From: Candidatus Brocadiia bacterium
Lineage (GTDB): Bacteria; Planctomycetota; Brocadiia; CAIUPP01
Reading direction: 5' to 3'
Assembly (NCBI GenBank): GCA_050015075.1
Contig: JBEKCB010000006.1
Span: forward strand, 1-64,000
Length of the DNA: 64,000 nt
Shown here one piece after another: positions 61,809 to 64,000 of the stretch (position 1 is its first letter; each line of letters begins with the position of its first letter). Under the pieces are notes generated by a model that worked only from the letters and a program-made list of their open reading frames with translations, was not told where the DNA came from and ran no database searches. A program made the translations under genes and the position numbers.

Positions 61809-62969
61809 TCAGCCGATGGCCTCGCGGATGCGGTGCAGGGCGTGGCGGATTTTGTCGAGCGACGTCGCGTACGAAAGGCGCAGGAACCCTTCGCCGTATT
61901 TCCCGAACGCCGTCCCGGCGAGCGTCGCCACGCTGCCCTGGTAGAGTAATTTGTCGGCCAGCTCGCGCGAGGTGACGCCCAGTTCGCTGATGTTCGGGAA
62001 GACGTAGAACGCCCCGTGCGGCATGCAGCAATGGATGCCGGGGATGTCGTTCAGGCCCCGCACGATCGCGTCGCGCCGGCGACGGAATTCCTCCACCATC
62101 TTGCGAGCTTCGCCCTGGTCGCCCGTCAGCGCGGCGATGCCGGCCATCTGCGTGAAAGCCGCGGTGCACGAGTTGCTGTTGCTGATCAGGCGGCTGGTCC
62201 AGGCGGCCAGCTCGCGGCGCATCACGCCGTAGCCGAGGCGCCAGCCGGTCATGGCGTACGTCTTCGAGAACCCGTCGAGGATGACCGTGCGCTCCTGCAT
62301 GCCGGGCAGCGAGGCGATGCTGACGCTCTCGCCCTCGTACAGAATCCGCGAGTAGATTTCGTCCGAGAGGACATAGCAGTCGTGTTCCTGCGCCTCGGCG
62401 GCCACGACCTCGAGGTCGGCCCGAGTCAAGACGCCGCCGCACGGATTCCCCGGCGAATTGAGGATGATCAGCTTGGTTCGCGGGGTCATGAGCGACCGGA
62501 ATTCGTCCGGGTCAAAGCTGAACTGGCGCTCTTCGCGGAGCCGCATCGGCACGGGAACGCCGCCCACGAAGTTGATCATGCTTTCGTAGATCGGGAATCC
62601 CGGGTTCGGATAGATCACTTCGTCTCCGGGATTGAGGAGCGCCATGATCGTGAAGAAAATGATCATTTTGCCGCCGGGGACGACGACGATGTTCTCCGCG
62701 GTCACCGGGATCCCGCGCGTCCGGGCCACTTCTTCGGCGATGGCGCGCCGCAGCGCCGGGAGGCCGGCGGCGGGCGTGTAATGCGTGTAGCCTTCGTCGA
62801 GCGCGCGCTGGGCGGCATGCCGGATGTCGGAGGGCGTGTCGAAATCGGGTTCGCCGATTTCCATGTGGATGATTCTCGCGCCTTGGGACTCCAGCGCTCG
62901 CGCGCGCGCCAGGACGTCAAACGCCGTTTCCGTGCCCAGTTTTCGCAAACGGTCGGCAAATGGCTTCAT
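61809..62969 (-). CDS. Class I/II PLP-dependent (aspartate-type) aminotransferase
   Basis: IGEPDFDTP, YTPAAG, NSPGNP.G, SDEIY, GFSKTYAMTGWRLG, GAFY, LRLSYA. Confidence 0.92.
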   Translation of the reverse strand: MKPFADRLRKLGTETAFDVLARARALESQGARIIHMEIGEPDFDTPSDIRHAAQRALDEGYTHYTPAAGLPALRRAIAEEVARTRGIPVTAENIVVVPGGKMIIFFTIMALLNPGDEVIYPNPGFPIYESMINFVGGVPVPMRLREERQFSFDPDEFRSLMTPRTKLIILNSPGNPCGGVLTRADLEVVAAEAQEHDCYVLSDEIYSRILYEGESVSIASLPGMQERTVILDGFSKTYAMTGWRLGYGVMRRELAAWTSRLISNSNSCTAAFTQMAGIAALTGDQGEARKMVEEFRRRRDAIVRGLNDIPGIHCCMPHGAFYVFPNISELGVTSRELADKLLYQGSVATLAGTAFGKYGEGFLRLSYATSLDKIRHALHRIREAIG

Positions 62970-63109
62970 GGCCGCCCTCCAGTCCACCCGTTACCGACTT
63001 ATGTATAACGAACTGGGCGGCGAGGAGTCAATGCCAATCTTCGGGCCAGAGAGAATGGATGAGAGCGGGCGGCTTGAGGAGGGTTCGAGCTTCGGTATTT
63101 TCCGTGCGG

Positions 63110-63478
63110 CTAATTCCGCATGACCTTGACGGTTTCATGCAGCACGGTCTCGGGATCGAGGTCGCTCAGAATGAATTTCGAGACGCCCGCGCGGCGCGCC
63201 TCTTTCGAGAGTCCCTTGACCTTGGGAGCGTTGAACATCACGACCGGAACGTGCGGATCGGATTTCTTCAGGCTTTTGACGAGTTCCCAATCTTCCCCGT
63301 GACCGACCTTCGCGCTGAGGATGACGACGCTCATGTACCGTTCCGCGATGATGGCAAGGCCGACGGTCCCGGAGAGGGCAATTTCCGCCTCGTAGCCGGA
63401 TTGAACAAATTGCTCTTGCAATCTGTCCACCGTACGCCGATCCTCGTCAATGATCAGAACTCTGCGCCGGGTGATCAA
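63110..63478 (-). CDS. Single receiver-like domain protein (atypical)
   Basis: VLIIDED N-terminal motif and REC spacing, but the phospho-Asp position reads VVILS; TTG start after GGAGG. Confidence 0.7.
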   Translation of the reverse strand: MITRRRVLIIDEDRRTVDRLQEQFVQSGYEAEIALSGTVGLAIIAERYMSVVILSAKVGHGEDWELVKSLKKSDPHVPVVMFNAPKVKGLSKEARRAGVSKFILSDLDPETVLHETVKVMRN

Positions 63479-63799
63479 ACGAACCTCCGGAAGAGAACAT
63501 AACCTTCGACGGACGCCCACAGAACCCCTATCTCTGTAGGAATTTACATGACGCATTGTATCAGGAAGAGGTTGCCCTGTCAATCATTTTTTTGTGGCTC
63601 GACTACAAAAACGCTGGACTCAGTTGTAAGGCGCGTTGTACCGGCATGTTATGATACGGCGCTTTTCGAATCCAACGGCATGGATCTTGCTGGCGCGGCC
63701 AGTTATTTCGTCTCGAAAGATCCTTTTTCGTCGCCAGGAGATTTTCGGTTCGAAGGAACACAGGGAAGCTACCGAGTCATAAATGGAACAGGCTTCGCT

Positions 63800-64000
63800 T
63801 CAAAATGGAACAACATTTTTCTCAGCACTTTTCTTTTCGTAAAGCAATTCATTTTTTTCGACCATCGTCTTGACCGAGAATTCGCGCTCAACGCGCTCAC
63901 GCGCGGCCGCACCGAGTCGCCGGCGCAGCGCCGCATCGCGCAGAAGCCGCAGGATGCGCTCCGCCAGCGCGGCTTCGTCGGCGGGCGGCACAAGGAATCC
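63800..64000 (-). CDS. Glycosyltransferase (GT4) C-terminal fragment, truncated by the window end
   Basis: GFLVPPADEAALAERILRLL.D...RRRLG.AARERV...FS...MV......LY. Confidence 0.75.
   Translation of the reverse strand, partial: GFLVPPADEAALAERILRLLRDAALRRRLGAAARERVEREFSVKTMVEKNELLYEKKSAEKNVVPF

Overview
A GC-rich bacterial chromosomal segment, most likely Planctomycetota/PVC, judged from a DUF1559/H-X9-DG prepilin-like gene, a PEP-CTERM protein and the tmRNA tag AETHYSLAA. A perfect parS site at 61598 suggests it lies near the origin. In order, it contains: a YtrA-type GntR/ABC operon with permease-beta-propeller fusions; sugar-phosphate genes (PPi-PFK, SIS, class II FBA); an esterase/DegT/M24 operon; a four-gene signalling operon ending in a hybrid histidine kinase fused in-frame to nicotinamidase and coupled to pncB; tmRNA; mazEF; a duplicated beta-helix gene unit with different cargo (small ORF vs vapBC); uvrA-ribF-SurA-like; a cobalamin-riboswitch operon (DUF1559 pilin-like gene, cobC-cobU-cobT-cobS, btuFCD); a PEP-CTERM gene; a DUF318/DUF1980 permease pair; a flippase and GT4; a clan GH-A hydrolase; two orphan antitoxins; a TIR gene coupled to a Type IIG/ISP-like R-M gene; an aminotransferase; and a pseudo-receiver. 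The best candidates for undescribed systems are the phosphorelay-nicotinamidase fusion with pncB, the B12-riboswitch-led pilin-like gene in a BtuB-less salvage operon, and the R-M plus TIR pair. All calls come from motif recognition by eye; no database searches were run.
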